Below are positions 63,637 to 64,000 of a stretch of DNA of 64,000 nt, piece after piece (position 1 is the stretch's first letter; each line of letters begins with the position of its first letter). Source of the DNA: Candidatus Eisenbergiella intestinipullorum (GTDB taxonomy: Bacteria; Bacillota; Clostridia; Lachnospirales; Lachnospiraceae); NCBI GenBank assembly GCA_019119815.1, contig DWWH01000006.1:130-64129 (forward strand), read 5' to 3'. The notes under the pieces are model-generated. The model was not told the origin of the DNA. It ran no database searches and saw only the letters and a list, made by a program, of their open reading frames with translations. The translations under genes and the position numbers were made by a program.

Positions 63637-64000
63637 TCAGATCGCCACCAGAGCCGCCAGACACAGGATCGCCGTCAGTATGGAGAATACCGCAACAATG
63701 CGCGTTTCCGACCAGCCGCACAGTTCAAAATGATGATGCAGAGGAGCCATCCTCAGCAGCCTCCTTCCTCCCGTCAGCCTGAAATAAACCACCTGCAGGA
63801 TGACGGAAACCACCTCCGCCAGGTAGACAAAGCAGATGATCGGGATGAAAAGCTGCATCCGCATCATATAGGCGGAAGCCGCCACAAAGCCTCCCAGCGC
63901 CAGAGAACCGGTATCTCCCATGAACACGCTGGCAGGATATACGTTAAAAAGCAGAAATCCCAGAAGCGCGCCCGCCACCGCACAGGCCGCCGGTTCGATC
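63637..64000 (-). CDS. mraY: Phospho-N-acetylmuramoyl-pentapeptide transferase, 5' end outside window
   Basis: ..[18 protein letters not shown].. and ..[14 protein letters not shown] are MraY C-terminal motifs. The frame is open to the window edge. Confidence 0.9.
   Translation of the reverse strand, partial: IEPAACAVAGALLGFLLFNVYPASVFMGDTGSLALGGFVAASAYMMRMQLFIPIICFVYLAEVVSVILQVVYFRLTGGRRLLRMAPLHHHFELCGWSETRIVAVFSILTAILCLAALVAI

Overview
High-GC (roughly 58%) chromosomal segment of a spore-forming Firmicute. Gene content looks Clostridia/Lachnospiraceae-like, but the taxon cannot be verified from the sequence alone. There are about 60 genes. Every protein gene except one LysR regulator lies on the minus strand, in long conserved housekeeping blocks:
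- glgA
- the Bacillus-like block xseA-xseB-ispA-dxs-tlyA-nadK-argR-recN-spoIVB-spo0A
- nusB and asp23
- prfC and deoB
- a complete spoIIIAA-AH operon
- rpsO-pnp
- rimP-nusA-ylxR-ylxQ-infB-rbfA-nrnA-truB-ribF
- MarR plus a two-gene ABC exporter
- tRNA-Glu(CUC)
- polC and ispG
- the distal dcw cluster mraY-murD-ftsW-murA-ftsQ-ftsZ

Non-core material sits in three small patches:
- 18.5-22.4 kb: decayed accessory genes
- 30.9-32.5 kb: a decaying phosphonate pathway
- 48.3-50.9 kb: a small ORF, a repeat array and a gene remnant

The main observations are:
1. A 135-bp MITE-like element with terminal inverted repeats and perfect 8-bp target-site duplications. It occurs three times, each copy 22-29 bp upstream of a sigma-A-like promoter. 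One copy rewrites the C-terminus of PhnX and one sits between ftsQ and ftsZ.
2. A tandem array of 80-nt hairpin modules that ends in a compact four-helix structure overlapping the polC stop codon.
3. At the canonical spoIVB-adjacent locus, a spo0A gene that encodes only the DNA-binding domain and has no receiver domain.

No CRISPR array, rRNA, prophage or recognisable defence system was seen. Coordinates of non-ORF features were counted by hand and may be off by 1-2 nt.
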